A DNA stretch of 49,663 nt from Paracoccaceae bacterium (lineage in GTDB: Bacteria; Pseudomonadota; Alphaproteobacteria; Rhodobacterales; Rhodobacteraceae): positions 1 to 49,663 of the forward strand of contig JBMSKG010000001.1 of NCBI GenBank assembly GCA_049419625.1. The letters are read 5' to 3'. Shown in pieces: positions 10,323-21,025 of the stretch (position 1 is its first letter; each line of letters begins with the position of its first letter). The notes under the pieces are model-generated. The model searched no databases. It saw only the letters and a list, made by a program, of their open reading frames with translations, and was not told the DNA's origin. A program made the position numbers and the translations under genes.

Positions 10323-11594
10323 ATGACTGTCGAGCATTTGAATCTTGCTGATCTGAAGGCCAAAACGCCGGCCGAACTGCTGGCGATGGCTGAAGAATGG
10401 GAGATCGAGAACGCGCCCTCGATGCGCAAGGGCGAGATGATGTTCTCGATCTTGAAAGAGCATGCTGAGGAAGGCTGGGAGATCGGTGGCGACGGTGTGT
10501 TGGAGGTGTTGCAGGACGGTTTTGGGTTCTTGCGCAGCCCCTCGGCCAACTATCTGCCAGGGCCGGACGACATTTATGTGGGCCCCGAGATGATTAGGCA
10601 GTTTTCGCTGCGGACGGGGGATTCGATTGAAGGCGTCATTCAGGCACCGCGCGAGAATGAGCGGTATTTCAGCCTGATCAAGGCCACGAAGATCAACTTC
10701 GATGATCCTGAAAAGGCGCGCCACAAGGTGCACTTTGACAACCTGACGCCGCTTTATCCCGATGAGCGGTTGAAGATGGAGATCGAGGATACGACGGTGA
10801 AGGACCGCTCGGCCCGGATCATTGATCTGGTTTGCCCAATCGGGAAGGGCCAGCGCGCTTTGATCGTGGCGCCGCCGCGGACGGGTAAGACGGTTCTGTT
10901 GCAGAACATCGCCCATTCGATCGCGACCAATCACCCGGAATGCTATCTGATCGTGCTGTTGATCGACGAACGTCCCGAGGAAGTGACCGACATGCAGCGC
11001 AGCGTGCGCGGCGAGGTGGTGTCATCGACCTTTGACGAACCGGCGACGCGGCATGTGGCCGTGGCAGAGATGGTGATTGAGAAGGCTAAGCGCTTGGTGG
11101 AGCACAAGCGGGATGTGGTGATCTTGCTGGATTCGATCACCCGTCTGGGCCGGGCCTTCAACACGGTGGTGCCGTCGAGTGGCAAGGTCTTGACCGGCGG
11201 TGTGGATGCCAATGCGTTGCAGCGGCCGAAGCGGTTCTTTGGGGCGGCGCGGAACATCGAAGAGGGCGGGTCGCTGACCATTATTGCCACCGCGCTGATC
11301 GACACCGGCAGCCGGATGGACGAGGTGATCTTCGAAGAATTCAAGGGCACGGGCAACAGCGAGATCGTGCTGGACCGTAAGGTGGCGGACAAGCGTGTCT
11401 TCCCGGCGATTGACATACTGAAGTCGGGCACTCGGAAAGAAGATCTGTTGGTGGATAAGCTGGATCTGCAGAAGACTTATGTCTTGCGGCGGATCCTGAA
11501 CCCGATGGGGACCACGGATGCGATTGAATTCCTGATCTCCAAGCTGAAGCAGACCAAGTCAAACGGCGAGTTCTTCGAGTCTATGAACGCCTGA
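10323..11594 (+). CDS. rho: Transcription termination factor Rho
   Basis: [44 protein letters not shown]. Confidence 0.99.
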   Translation: MTVEHLNLADLKAKTPAELLAMAEEWEIENAPSMRKGEMMFSILKEHAEEGWEIGGDGVLEVLQDGFGFLRSPSANYLPGPDDIYVGPEMIRQFSLRTGDSIEGVIQAPRENERYFSLIKATKINFDDPEKARHKVHFDNLTPLYPDERLKMEIEDTTVKDRSARIIDLVCPIGKGQRALIVAPPRTGKTVLLQNIAHSIATNHPECYLIVLLIDERPEEVTDMQRSVRGEVVSSTFDEPATRHVAVAEMVIEKAKRLVEHKRDVVILLDSITRLGRAFNTVVPSSGKVLTGGVDANALQRPKRFFGAARNIEEGGSLTIIATALIDTGSRMDEVIFEEFKGTGNSEIVLDRKVADKRVFPAIDILKSGTRKEDLLVDKLDLQKTYVLRRILNPMGTTDAIEFLISKLKQTKSNGEFFESMNA

Positions 11595-11622
11595 TTGTAT
11601 TTATCTTTCAAGGGGTTGGGTG

Positions 11623-12903
11623 ATGGACACAGTATTCGCCCTGGCAAGCGCCCGGGGGAAAGCCGGGGTTGCTGTTATTCGGGTGTCTGGTGATCAAGCG
11701 TGGGTGGCCGCAGAGGCGCTGTGTGGTGGATTGCCGGCGCCCCGCAAGGCCGGGCTTCGCCAGGTTAGCCATGAAGGTCGGGTGCTGGATGAGGCGCTTG
11801 TGTTGGTGTTTGAGGCGGGTGCGAGCTTTACGGGCGAGCCTTCTGTCGAGCTTCAGATACATGGTGGGACAGCGACTGTTCGGGCTGTGTTGCGGGCCCT
11901 GGGGGCGCAGCCCGGTCTGCGGCTTGCGGAGCCGGGCGAGTTTAGCCGACGCGCGCTTGAGAACGGTCGCATGGATCTGACGCAGATCGAGGGGATGGCC
12001 GATCTGATTGATGCGGAAACGGAGGCCCAGCGGCGCCAGGCGATTGCGGTGATGTCGGGCGATCTTGGGCGCAAGGCGCAGCTTTGGCGCGCTGATCTTG
12101 TGCGGGCCTCAGCGCTTTTGGCCGTGACGATTGACTTTTCCGACGAGGACGTGCCGCAAGAGGTCTCGGACGAGGTCATTCGGGTGTTGAGCGGCGTGCG
12201 AGATGGCGTTTCTCGCGAGTTGGCGGGGGCGGGCGCTGCAGAGCGGATCAAGGATGGCTTTGAGGTGGCTATCGTTGGGGCGCCGAATGTGGGAAAATCC
12301 ACTCTTTTGAATGCTTTAGCGGGGCGCGAGGCCGCGATTACATCAGATGTTGCGGGCACAACGCGTGATGTGATCGAGGTGCGGATGGAGATTGAGGGGC
12401 TTGCGGTCACCTTGCTGGATACGGCCGGCCTGCGCGAGTCGGACGATCGGGTGGAGCAGATCGGGATATCCCGTGGGTTGGACCGGGCGCGTGGGGCTGA
12501 TTTGCGGATATTTCTGATGGCTGGCGATGAGGCATTGCCGTTGGACCCCAGCGCAGATGATATTGTTGTTCTTGCGAAGGCGGATCTTCGCTCTGTTGGA
12601 GGTTTGGCTGTTTCAGGAAAGACCGGGGCGGGGATAGATGACTTGATCTCGCGGATCGGAACTGTACTTGGTGAGCGTGTGTCTGGTTCGAGTCTTGTGA
12701 TTCGAGAGCGACAGCGGCATGCGCTGTCCGGAGCCTTGGGGTTTTTGGACTCTGCTCGGGCCGTGCTGCGGGCTGATGGTGGGGTCGAGCTTGCGGCGGC
12801 AGAGATTCACGCGGCAGCGGTGTCGCTTGAGATGATGATTGGCAGGGTTGGTGTTGAAGATTTGTTGGAAGAGATCTTCTCGCGGTTCTGTATCGGAAAG
12901 TGA
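11623..12903 (+). CDS. mnmE: tRNA modification GTPase MnmE (TrmE)
   Basis: [20 protein letters not shown]1 [18 protein letters not shown]-terminal FCIGK; alternative GTG start at 11620. Confidence 0.97.
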   Translation: MDTVFALASARGKAGVAVIRVSGDQAWVAAEALCGGLPAPRKAGLRQVSHEGRVLDEALVLVFEAGASFTGEPSVELQIHGGTATVRAVLRALGAQPGLRLAEPGEFSRRALENGRMDLTQIEGMADLIDAETEAQRRQAIAVMSGDLGRKAQLWRADLVRASALLAVTIDFSDEDVPQEVSDEVIRVLSGVRDGVSRELAGAGAAERIKDGFEVAIVGAPNVGKSTLLNALAGREAAITSDVAGTTRDVIEVRMEIEGLAVTLLDTAGLRESDDRVEQIGISRGLDRARGADLRIFLMAGDEALPLDPSADDIVVLAKADLRSVGGLAVSGKTGAGIDDLISRIGTVLGERVSGSSLVIRERQRHALSGALGFLDSARAVLRADGGVELAAAEIHAAAVSLEMMIGRVGVEDLLEEIFSRFCIGK

Positions 12904-12905
12904 GG

Positions 12906-14780
12906 ATGTTTCACGTGAAACATTTTGATGTCATCGTTATTGGGGGTGGCCATGCGGGCACCGAAGCGGCCGCGGCGGCCGCTCGCATGGGTGCGTCTAC
13001 CGCTTTGATCTCTTTGCGTCGGGCTGGCATTGGGGTGATGTCTTGCAATCCGGCGATTGGTGGGCTTGGCAAGGGCCATCTTGTACGTGAGATTGATGCC
13101 CTTGATGGGATTATGGGGCGGGCCGCAGATCGCGCTGGCATTCAGTTCAGGCTTTTGAATCGGCGTAAGGGTCCCGCCGTTCAGGGGCCGCGGGCGCAAA
13201 CAGATCGTAAGCTCTATCGCGAGGCAATCCACGAGCTTCTTGCGAAAGAAGATAATGTGACGGTTATTGAGGCAGAGGTTGCTGGTCTAAAGCTTCAGTC
13301 TGGTCGGTTTTCGGGCGTCGAGTTGTCAGATGGAAGTTTGATTTCGGGGCGATCTGGAATTCTGACTGCCGGGACCTTTCTTCACGGACTTATTCACATC
13401 GGAACCACCCGAGTTTCTGGCGGCAGGATGGGCGATTTGCCCTCGATCAAGCTTGCTGATCAAATTGCTGACCTTGGAATGAAAACGGGCCGTCTCAAGA
13501 CCGGCACGCCACCCAGGCTTGATGGTAAGACCATCGATTGGTCGCGGACGGAGACACAGCCGGGGGACGACGAGCCGTCGCTGTTCTCGTTCATGAGTGC
13601 TGGCCCTGCGGTTCGGCAGATATCCTGCGGTGTCACTCATACCAACGAAGCAACCCACGAGATCATCCGCAAAAACATACATCTTTCAGCGCTGTACGGC
13701 GGGCATATTGAGGGGGTTGGCCCACGATACTGTCCGTCGATCGAGGACAAGGTCGTTCGCTTTGCGGACAAGACGTCGCATCAGATCTTTCTTGAGCCCG
13801 AGGGATTGGACGATGACACGATTTATCCCAACGGTATTTCGTCCTCATTGCCACTTGAGGTTCAAGAAGCCTATGTGAGGTCGATTGTCGGTTTGGAGAA
13901 TGTCAAAATTCTGCAGCCCGCTTATGCGATCGAGTACGATTTCTTCGATCCTCGAGATTTGACCCAGACGCTGATGACCCGCGACATGGAGGGCCTGTTC
14001 TTTGCGGGCCAGATTAATGGCACCACGGGCTATGAAGAGGCTGCCGCTCAAGGCCTTGTTGCTGGTTTGAACGCTGCGAGCTATGCGCGTGGCGGCGACA
14101 GGATCCTATTCGGGCGCGCCGACAGCTATATTGGTGTTTTGATTGATGATCTCATTCATCGCGGCGTGACAGAACCCTATCGGATGTTCACGTCGCGCGC
14201 TGAGTTCAGGCTTGCTTTGCGTGCGGACAATGCAGACCAGCGCCTTACCCCAATTGGGATTGGGTTGGGTTGTGTTCGTCCCGATCGCGTGGCGGCATTC
14301 GGGCAGAAGATCTCAGCTCTTGAGGCTGGTCGCCAGATTCTGGCGAAAAGCAGTTTCAGCCCCAGAGAGCTTCACGCGGTTGGCATCAACGTCAATATGG
14401 ACAGCGGGCGCCGTAACTTGCTGCGCCTGTTGTCGATGCCCGAGGTAACCCGCGAACACATCAACGCGCTGCAGCCCGAAGCCGTGACGATCGATCCTGC
14501 AATCCGGACGCAGATCGAGAATGACGCGCTTTACGAGCAATACCTTAACCGGCAAGAGAACGACATTGCTGCGATGCGTCGAGAGGAAGAGACCCTGATC
14601 CCTCCAGACCTCGAGTATCGCGGTTTGCCTGGCCTTTCGGGAGAGCTGGCAGGAAAGCTGTTTGCGCGTCGGCCTGAGACCCTGGCGCAGGCATCTCGTA
14701 TCGAGGGGATGACGCCAGCCGCCCTCGCTCTTATTCTTGCCCATGTCAGGAAGGCCAGACGCGCGGCCGCCGGAAGATGA
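12906..14780 (+). CDS. mnmG: tRNA uridine 5-carboxymethylaminomethyl modification enzyme MnmG (GidA)
   Basis: [53 protein letters not shown]; start is ATG 12906 or GTG 12915. Confidence 0.98.
   Translation: MFHVKHFDVIVIGGGHAGTEAAAAAARMGASTALISLRRAGIGVMSCNPAIGGLGKGHLVREIDALDGIMGRAADRAGIQFRLLNRRKGPAVQGPRAQTDRKLYREAIHELLAKEDNVTVIEAEVAGLKLQSGRFSGVELSDGSLISGRSGILTAGTFLHGLIHIGTTRVSGGRMGDLPSIKLADQIADLGMKTGRLKTGTPPRLDGKTIDWSRTETQPGDDEPSLFSFMSAGPAVRQISCGVTHTNEATHEIIRKNIHLSALYGGHIEGVGPRYCPSIEDKVVRFADKTSHQIFLEPEGLDDDTIYPNGISSSLPLEVQEAYVRSIVGLENVKILQPAYAIEYDFFDPRDLTQTLMTRDMEGLFFAGQINGTTGYEEAAAQGLVAGLNAASYARGGDRILFGRADSYIGVLIDDLIHRGVTEPYRMFTSRAEFRLALRADNADQRLTPIGIGLGCVRPDRVAAFGQKISALEAGRQILAKSSFSPRELHAVGINVNMDSGRRNLLRLLSMPEVTREHINALQPEAVTIDPAIRTQIENDALYEQYLNRQENDIAAMRREEETLIPPDLEYRGLPGLSGELAGKLFARRPETLAQASRIEGMTPAALALILAHVRKARRAAAGR
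12907..12922. other. parS: parS centromere site 1
   Basis: Perfect palindrome TGTTTCACGTGAAACA matching the widespread chromosomal parS consensus; overlaps the mnmG start. Confidence 0.95.
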
Positions 14781-15412
14781 TGCGTAACGAACAGATAAAG
14801 CGTGCAGCCGGACTGAGCGGGGGCTTGTCTGATGTCAGCATAGAGCGGCTTGATCGGTTTGCGCGGCTGGTCGAGAAGTGGAATCCCTCGATCAATGTTG
14901 TTGCGAAGTCAACGATTGGTAATATTTGGGAAAGGCATATCCTCGATTCTATTCAGCTATTTCGCTGTGCTAAGCCTGAACTGGAAAACTGGCTTGATTT
15001 GGGAAGCGGGGGCGGTTTTCCGGGAATCGTGGTTGCCATCTTGGCCGCAGAGGCAACACCTGCGATGCGGGTTTCGCTGGTGGAGAGTGATCGTCGAAAA
15101 GGTGTGTTCTTAAGCGAGTGCATTCGGCAACTCGGACTGTCGGCAGTTGTTCACCCCTCTCGGATTGAAGATCTTGCGCCCCAGAATGCTTGTGTCGTGT
15201 CAGCGCGAGCGCTTGCGCCGCTTGATGCCTTGTGTGGATATGCTGTGCGACATCTCCGCCCCGGCGGCATCTGTGCGTTTCTGAAGGGTGCCGCAGTGGA
15301 CGCCGAGATTGTCGATGCTCAGAAGGTTTGGAGATTTGACCTTGAGCGCGTCGCAAGTGTTACTGATAGCCGATCTTCGATCTTGTTTCTAAGGGGCCTT
15401 TGTCATGTCTGA
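14777..15412 (+). CDS. rsmG: 16S rRNA m7G527 methyltransferase RsmG (GidB)
   Basis: [39 protein letters not shown]. Confidence 0.95.
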   Translation: MMRNEQIKRAAGLSGGLSDVSIERLDRFARLVEKWNPSINVVAKSTIGNIWERHILDSIQLFRCAKPELENWLDLGSGGGFPGIVVAILAAEATPAMRVSLVESDRRKGVFLSECIRQLGLSAVVHPSRIEDLAPQNACVVSARALAPLDALCGYAVRHLRPGGICAFLKGAAVDAEIVDAQKVWRFDLERVASVTDSRSSILFLRGLCHV

Positions 15413-16250
15413 ATATCTTGCCCCAACAACGCCCCGCATTCTGGCTGTCGTCAATCAAAAGGGTGGCGTTGGCAAGACAACAACCGCAATCAACTTGGCG
15501 GCTGCTTTCGTTGAATGTGGTGCAAGGGTGCTCTTAGTGGATCTTGATCCGCAGGGAAATGCGTCAACTGGCCTTGGTGTCGCGCCAGCGCAGCGCAAGC
15601 TTTCGACGTTTGATCTGCTTGTCGACGAGGTGTCCATTGGTGAGGTTGTGCAGGAGACGACGATTCCGGGGCTTTACCTGTGTCCGGCGTCATCAGACCT
15701 GTCTTCAGCGGATATCGAGCTGGTCTCCAGGGAAAAGCGCAGCTTCTTGCTGCATGATGCCCTTCGACAGCCGGATGTCGCCGCCTTCGATCTGGATTAT
15801 ATCCTTATCGACTGCCCGCCATCTCTTAATCTCTTGACGGTAAATGGGCTGGTGGCGAGTCATGCCGTTCTTGTCCCCCTTCAGACCGAGTTCTTCGCCC
15901 TGGAGGGCCTTTCGCAGCTTATGCTGACCATCCGTGAAGTCCGTCAGGCCGCGAACCCTGCGCTTCGCATCGAGGGTGTGCTCCTAACGATGCACGATCT
16001 GCGGAACCGCTTGGCGCAGCAGGTGGAAAATGATGCACGCGATGCGCTTGGCGAACTGGTGTTCAAGACCACGATACCCCGCAATGTGCGGGTAAGCGAG
16101 GCGCCGTCTTACGCGCAGCCCGTTCTGTCGTATGACGGTTCGTCAAAGGGCGCGGTGGCATATCGTGCGTTGGCGAAGGAAATTCTGGCCAGACACCCGC
16201 TGGTCGCAAAAGACAATGTGGAGGTGCACGGCCATGGAAAAGAAAAGTGA
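15405..16250 (+). CDS. parA: Chromosome partition ATPase ParA
   Basis: Deviant Walker A NQKGGVGKTT, DLDPQGNAS, IDCPPSL, IPRNVRVSEAPS. Confidence 0.97.
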   Translation: MSEYLAPTTPRILAVVNQKGGVGKTTTAINLAAAFVECGARVLLVDLDPQGNASTGLGVAPAQRKLSTFDLLVDEVSIGEVVQETTIPGLYLCPASSDLSSADIELVSREKRSFLLHDALRQPDVAAFDLDYILIDCPPSLNLLTVNGLVASHAVLVPLQTEFFALEGLSQLMLTIREVRQAANPALRIEGVLLTMHDLRNRLAQQVENDARDALGELVFKTTIPRNVRVSEAPSYAQPVLSYDGSSKGAVAYRALAKEILARHPLVAKDNVEVHGHGKEK

Positions 16251-17148
16251 TCGCCGCGGGCTTGGGCGCGGTCTGTCTGCGCTGATGGCCGATATCAATC
16301 TGACGCATGATGACCAAAACCCCGCCGCGTCGAAGCGGCCAGATCTCATGGTGGCGGTTGAGGATATTGCGCCAAATCCGCATCAGCCCCGCCGCAATTT
16401 CGATCCATCATCCTTGAAAGAATTGGCAGATTCGATCCGGCGCAAGGGAATCATCCAACCTCTCATTCTGCGCCCGATATCTGGGCCGGCAAAGTATGAG
16501 ATCGTTGCAGGTGAGCGCAGGTGGCGTGCGGCCCAACTTGCGCAACTTCACGCGGTTCCCGCCGTACTGCGCGAGTTTTCGGATGCTGAAGTGCTGGAGA
16601 TTGCGATTATTGAGAACATCCAGCGCGCCGAGCTGAACCCCATCGAAGAAGCGCTGGCTTATCGCCAGTTGATGGACCGCTTTGGCCACACGCAAGAGAA
16701 GGTGGCCGAAGCGCTTTCAAGAAGCCGGAGCCATATTGCGAACCTCTTGCGACTTTTGTCACTACCTGAAGAGGTTCAGTCGATGGTGGCCGCTGGAGGT
16801 TTGACGGCAGGACATGCGCGCGCGCTGATTACGCTGCCTAACCCGCTTGAAATTGCCCTCAAGGTTGTTGGAAAGGGCCTTTCAGTCCGCGAGACCGAAG
16901 ATTTGGTCAGAAAATCTGCGGCGTCCGGTCTGCGGCGCAGGGGATCGTCAAGGTCTGGCGAAAAAGATGCAGATACCCGCGCTTTGGAAGCGGATCTGTC
17001 CGCGGGCCTTCACATGGGCGTCCGCATTGACCACGACATGTCTGGCGGCGGAAGGCTGACGGTAAGCTATGGTAACCTTGATCAGCTTGATCTTCTGTGT
17101 AGCGCGCTATCGGCGGCGGCATTGGACGCGAGCCTTCGCAAGCGCTGA
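16234..17148 (+). CDS. parB: Chromosome partition protein ParB
   Basis: Start MEKKSDRRGLGRGL (SD GAGGTG), NPHQPRR, GIIQP, CTP motif AGERRWRAA, ENIQR, HTH SRSHIANLLRL, GHARAL. Confidence 0.97.
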   Translation: MEKKSDRRGLGRGLSALMADINLTHDDQNPAASKRPDLMVAVEDIAPNPHQPRRNFDPSSLKELADSIRRKGIIQPLILRPISGPAKYEIVAGERRWRAAQLAQLHAVPAVLREFSDAEVLEIAIIENIQRAELNPIEEALAYRQLMDRFGHTQEKVAEALSRSRSHIANLLRLLSLPEEVQSMVAAGGLTAGHARALITLPNPLEIALKVVGKGLSVRETEDLVRKSAASGLRRRGSSRSGEKDADTRALEADLSAGLHMGVRIDHDMSGGGRLTVSYGNLDQLDLLCSALSAAALDASLRKR

Positions 17149-17166
17149 TGGTCTAGTCGGCGAAGG

Positions 17167-18354
17167 TTAGTCCGTCGCCAAGTCCCTCAGAATACTGTTT
17201 AGCACCAGCCTGCCCTTGGGCGTCGTCTTTAGCCTACCATTCCCGCAAGAAACAAGGCCAAGGTCGCTGAGGGGAGCGATGCGACTTTCGGGAATGGCGC
17301 GACCTGCCATTGCCGCATGACGGTCAAGGTCAAGCCCTTCGTTCGTGCGCAGCGACATAAGTAGGTATTCTAGCGCAATTTCATCAGAACTTAGCCTGTC
17401 GCGCAGGCGCTCGCCACCCTTTCCGGATGTCACAGAGCTAAGCCAGGCCGCAGGATCTCTCCATGCTTCCGTCGCGTAGCGACCCTGGTCATCAGTAATT
17501 CGACCATGGGCGCCCGGGCCGATGCCAATGTAGTCGCCGCCACGCCAGTAGATCAAGTTATGACGGGACTCGGCGCCCGGCCGCGCGTGGTTTGACACTT
17601 CATATGCCGGAAGTCCTGCCGCATTACACAGCTCTTGGGTGATCTCGTTCATGTCGGCCCTGAGATCTTCGTTTGGAAGTCCGGCCAACTTGCCCCGCGA
17701 CGCCCTAGCGGCGAACACGGTCCCATCCTCAATGGTGAGTTGATAAAGTGATATATGGTCTCCAGCTAAGGTAAGCGCCTGCTTAAGCTCTGCGCGCCAT
17801 TCGTTAAGTGACTGAAATTGGCGCGAATAAATGAGATCAAAGCTTATCCGATCAAAGGTGCCCTTTGCGATTTCCAAAGCTTGCAGGGCTTGACGCTTTG
17901 AGTGCAGGCGTCCAAGTACCTGAAGTGCCACATCATCAAGCGCCTGGACTCCCAGTGACACCCGATTGACACCTGCGCGGCGGTATCCCTCGAATCTGGT
18001 CGCCTCCACCGAGCCCGGGTTGGCCTCAAGCGTGATTTCTATGTCGTTCACTGTTTGCCAGTTTTCTCGAACGCAGTCGATCAAACCGGCAACCACCTCT
18101 TGCTCCATCAAGGATGGCGTTCCGCCGCCAAAATAAACGGTTTGTAGAATCCGCCCTCGCGTTTGCGCAGCCTGTCGGCGAATTTCAACGCGGTAGGCCT
18201 CAAGCCAAGCGGATTGGTCAATCTTTCCGGCGACATGGCTGTTGAAGTCGCAGTAAGGGCATTTTGACTCGCAAAATGGCCAGTGGATGTACAGCCCAAA
18301 CCCGCCCGCCTTCCAGTCGTGGCTGCTTGGATTATGGTGGGGGGCTGCATTCAT
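17167..18354 (-). CDS. hemW: Radical SAM heme chaperone HemW
   Basis: YIHWPFCESKCPYCDFN, FGGGTPS, EANP, YEVSN, HNLIYW; adjacent to rdgB-rph. Confidence 0.93.
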   Translation of the reverse strand: MNAAPHHNPSSHDWKAGGFGLYIHWPFCESKCPYCDFNSHVAGKIDQSAWLEAYRVEIRRQAAQTRGRILQTVYFGGGTPSLMEQEVVAGLIDCVRENWQTVNDIEITLEANPGSVEATRFEGYRRAGVNRVSLGVQALDDVALQVLGRLHSKRQALQALEIAKGTFDRISFDLIYSRQFQSLNEWRAELKQALTLAGDHISLYQLTIEDGTVFAARASRGKLAGLPNEDLRADMNEITQELCNAAGLPAYEVSNHARPGAESRHNLIYWRGGDYIGIGPGAHGRITDDQGRYATEAWRDPAAWLSSVTSGKGGERLRDRLSSDEIALEYLLMSLRTNEGLDLDRHAAMAGRAIPESRIAPLSDLGLVSCGNGRLKTTPKGRLVLNSILRDLATD

Positions 18355-18493
18355 GCGTTATCTCGGACTCTAAAGGCGACAGAATCAGGTTAGGATGCCG
18401 ACAAGGCTACCTACTGCCAATGCCGCGCAACGCGCTTCGCCCGAAGACGGCAGCGCGAACACGCAGCTGCGTGGTCTCTCGGAGAAGGCCAGA

Positions 18494-18509
18494 TGTTTCA
18501 CGTGAAACA
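18494..18509. other. parS: parS centromere site 2
   Basis: Second perfect TGTTTCACGTGAAACA; overlaps the last codons and stop of rdgB. Confidence 0.95.
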
Positions 18510-19112
18510 TTTTGAGGTCATCTGGCCGAACGCTGCAGCACGATGGCTCAGCAGGTTCTTCTGTTCTGATGTCATTTCAGCAAAAGTCGCATCATGCCCC
18601 TGCGGCTGGAACATCGGATCATACCCATGACCCAGCTTGCCGCGCAGTGGCCAAACCAACTGACCCTCGGCAGATCCCTCAAAGACCTCTTCGTGTCCGT
18701 CAGGCCAAGCAAGCACCAACGCACAGCGAAACCTGCCGAAAAACGGAGGCGCCGCCCCCGACTGTACGATCATCGCCCAAGCTTTCTCCATCGCGCGCAG
18801 AAAATCGCGCCCCCCCGACCCCTCAGCCCAGTCAGCGGTATAAACCCCTGGCGCGCCCCCCAGAACATCGATCTCGACCCCTGAATCATCCGCCAGCGCG
18901 GGCAAATTGGTGGCCTTGGCCACATGATGGGCCTTGATACGGGCGTTCCCAACAAAGCTCGTCTCGGTCTCCTCTGGAGCCTCCAGGCCAAACTCAGCTG
19001 CCGACTTCACGGCCACCCCAAAGGGCGCCAAAAGTGCCACAAGCTCATCAACCTTCCCCTGATTGTGAGTCGCAAGAACCAGAAGCGAGCCCGAAAAGCG
19101 CCGCGCGGTCAT
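18498..19112 (-). CDS. rdgB: Non-canonical purine NTP pyrophosphatase (RdgB/HAM1)
   Basis: ATHNQGK, NARIKA, ADDSG, GAPGVY, GYDPMF, KNLLSHR; ATG 19112 overlaps the rph stop. Confidence 0.95.
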   Translation of the reverse strand: MTARRFSGSLLVLATHNQGKVDELVALLAPFGVAVKSAAEFGLEAPEETETSFVGNARIKAHHVAKATNLPALADDSGVEIDVLGGAPGVYTADWAEGSGGRDFLRAMEKAWAMIVQSGAAPPFFGRFRCALVLAWPDGHEEVFEGSAEGQLVWPLRGKLGHGYDPMFQPQGHDATFAEMTSEQKNLLSHRAAAFGQMTSKCFT

Positions 19113-19825
19113 AGCCCGAGCGCTTCTTTCTGCGCGGCCACAAGATTGGCGCAACCCGCTTTTGCCAGTGCCAAAAGCGACAGCATCTCAGCCTCAGAAA
19201 AGCTGCTCCCCTCAGCGGACATCTGAACCTCAACCAGCCTGCCGCGGCCCGTCAGCACAAAATTGCCGTCCGTTCCTGCGTTCGAATCCTCAGGATAATC
19301 AAGGTCCAACACCGGTTGCCCGGCATAGATCCCGCAAGAGACTGCCGACACATTGTCAATCAGCGGATCACTGCTGATAGATCCGGCCGCCAAAAGCCGA
19401 TTTACCGCCAAGCGCAAGGCAACCCAGCCACCTGTGATCGACGCACAGCGCGTGCCGCCGTCGGCTTGAATCACATCACAATCAATCACGATCTGACGCT
19501 CCCCAAGCGCTGCCCGATCAACGCAGGCCCGCAGAGATCTTCCAATAAGCCTTTGAATTTCCTGTGTTCTTCCAGACTGCTTGCCTGCCGCGGCCTCCCG
19601 TTTTGTCCGAGAATTCGTCGCTCTGGGCAACATGCCATACTCTGCCGTCACCCAGCCAAGACCTGTATTCTTCAAGAAGGGCGGTGTCTTTTCCTCAAGC
19701 GATGCCGAGCACAAAACATGCGTCTCCCCCATCTTGATAAGACAAGACCCCTCAGCGTGCCTCATCGGGTTGATCTCAATCACGACATTGCGCAATTCGT
19801 CTAGCTTCCGGCCCGAAGGACGCAT
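19109..19825 (-). CDS. rph: Ribonuclease PH
   Basis: [43 protein letters not shown]; SD AGGAG before ATG 19825. Confidence 0.97.
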   Translation of the reverse strand: MRPSGRKLDELRNVVIEINPMRHAEGSCLIKMGETHVLCSASLEEKTPPFLKNTGLGWVTAEYGMLPRATNSRTKREAAAGKQSGRTQEIQRLIGRSLRACVDRAALGERQIVIDCDVIQADGGTRCASITGGWVALRLAVNRLLAAGSISSDPLIDNVSAVSCGIYAGQPVLDLDYPEDSNAGTDGNFVLTGRGRLVEVQMSAEGSSFSEAEMLSLLALAKAGCANLVAAQKEALGL

Positions 19826-19887
19826 GAGTATTCTCCTGAACTGTCTTGTGCCAGATATGCCCGAGCGTCCTTGTGATGCAACCCTCA

Positions 19888-19915
19888 TTGACGCTGCGGC
19901 CAACGCATCCATAAT
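19888..19915 (+). promoter_or_regulatory. Putative sigma70 promoter for hrcA (near-leaderless transcript)
   Basis: TTGACG-N16-CATAAT ending 9 nt before ATG 19925; no SD sequence visible. Confidence 0.45.
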
Positions 19916-19924
19916 CATGGCGCC

Positions 19925-20995
19925 ATGACATACAGCGAAAACCTTCTGTCAGAACTCAATCACCGCTCCCGCGAGGTCTTTCGCCGCGTGGTGGAGGGCT
20001 ATCTCTCATCAGGTGGGCCCGTCGGCTCGCGCACCTTGACCCGCAGCATGACCGAACGCCTCTCGGCCGCAACCGTGCGCAACGTCATGCAAGATCTTGA
20101 ACTTCTTGGGCTCCTTGACAGCCCCCACGTCTCGGCCGGCCGCATTCCCACACAACAGGGCCTGCGCCTTTTCGTTGACAGCTTGCTCGAGGTTGGCTCG
20201 GTCGCTTCCGAGGACCGCGAAATCATGGATGCCGCGCTCTCCTCGGGTGAAAAAGACGTAGCCACGCTGCTTGATCAGGTCAGCACCACGCTTTCGGCCA
20301 TCACCAACGGCGCCAGCCTGGTCCTGTCGCCCAAACAAGACGCCGTCATCAAGCATATCGAGTTCGTCAGCTTGGCCCCTGATCGCGCAATCGTGGTTCT
20401 CGTCTTTGCCAATGGGCATGTCGAAAACCGCATGATCGTGCCCCCCACAGGCCAAACCCCGTCCTCCATGCGCGAAGCCGCAAACTTCCTGAACGCGCTG
20501 GTCGAAGGCAAGACCCTTGCCGAGCTGCGCCTCAACATCGGTCAAGAAATCACCCGCCGTCGTCAAGAAGTTGATTCGCTGGCCCGCGAGCTGGTCGAAA
20601 GCGGTCTCGCCGTGTGGCAGCCCCAAGACGACCAGCCCGACCGGCTGATCGTGCGGGGCCGCTCGAATCTGCTCAGCGATACGAATGAGGCCCACGACAT
20701 CGAGCGCATCCGCCGCCTGTTCGATGACCTCGAACGCAAGCGTGACATCGCCGAGTTCCTCGATCTGACCGAAGGCGGCGAGGGGGTGCGCATTTTTATC
20801 GGTTCTGAGAACAAGCTTTTTTCACTTTCGGGTTCCTCTCTGGTCGTCTCTCCCTATATGAACGCTGATCGACAGATCATCGGCGCCGTCGGCGTGATCG
20901 GACCAACGCGGCTCAACTATGGCCGCATCGTTCCGATCGTTGATTACACGGCGCAGTTGGTCGGCAAACTCCTGTCCGAGCGTGGCAGGAGCTAG
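19925..20995 (+). CDS. hrcA: Heat-inducible transcription repressor HrcA
   Basis: [43 protein letters not shown]; followed by grpE. Confidence 0.97.
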   Translation: MTYSENLLSELNHRSREVFRRVVEGYLSSGGPVGSRTLTRSMTERLSAATVRNVMQDLELLGLLDSPHVSAGRIPTQQGLRLFVDSLLEVGSVASEDREIMDAALSSGEKDVATLLDQVSTTLSAITNGASLVLSPKQDAVIKHIEFVSLAPDRAIVVLVFANGHVENRMIVPPTGQTPSSMREAANFLNALVEGKTLAELRLNIGQEITRRRQEVDSLARELVESGLAVWQPQDDQPDRLIVRGRSNLLSDTNEAHDIERIRRLFDDLERKRDIAEFLDLTEGGEGVRIFIGSENKLFSLSGSSLVVSPYMNADRQIIGAVGVIGPTRLNYGRIVPIVDYTAQLVGKLLSERGRS

Positions 20996-21025
20996 CCCAA
21001 AGCGGGATAAAGAAGGAAGAAGACT

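Noticed and set aside
18460-18473. 14-bp palindrome CACGCAGCTGCGTG near parS2
   Set aside because: A few palindromes of this length are expected by chance in 50 kb; it does not match parS and I saw no second copy.
12900-19900. Genomic island interpretation of the low-GC zone
   Set aside because: All genes are syntenic core genes; no integrase, transposase or tRNA target is present.
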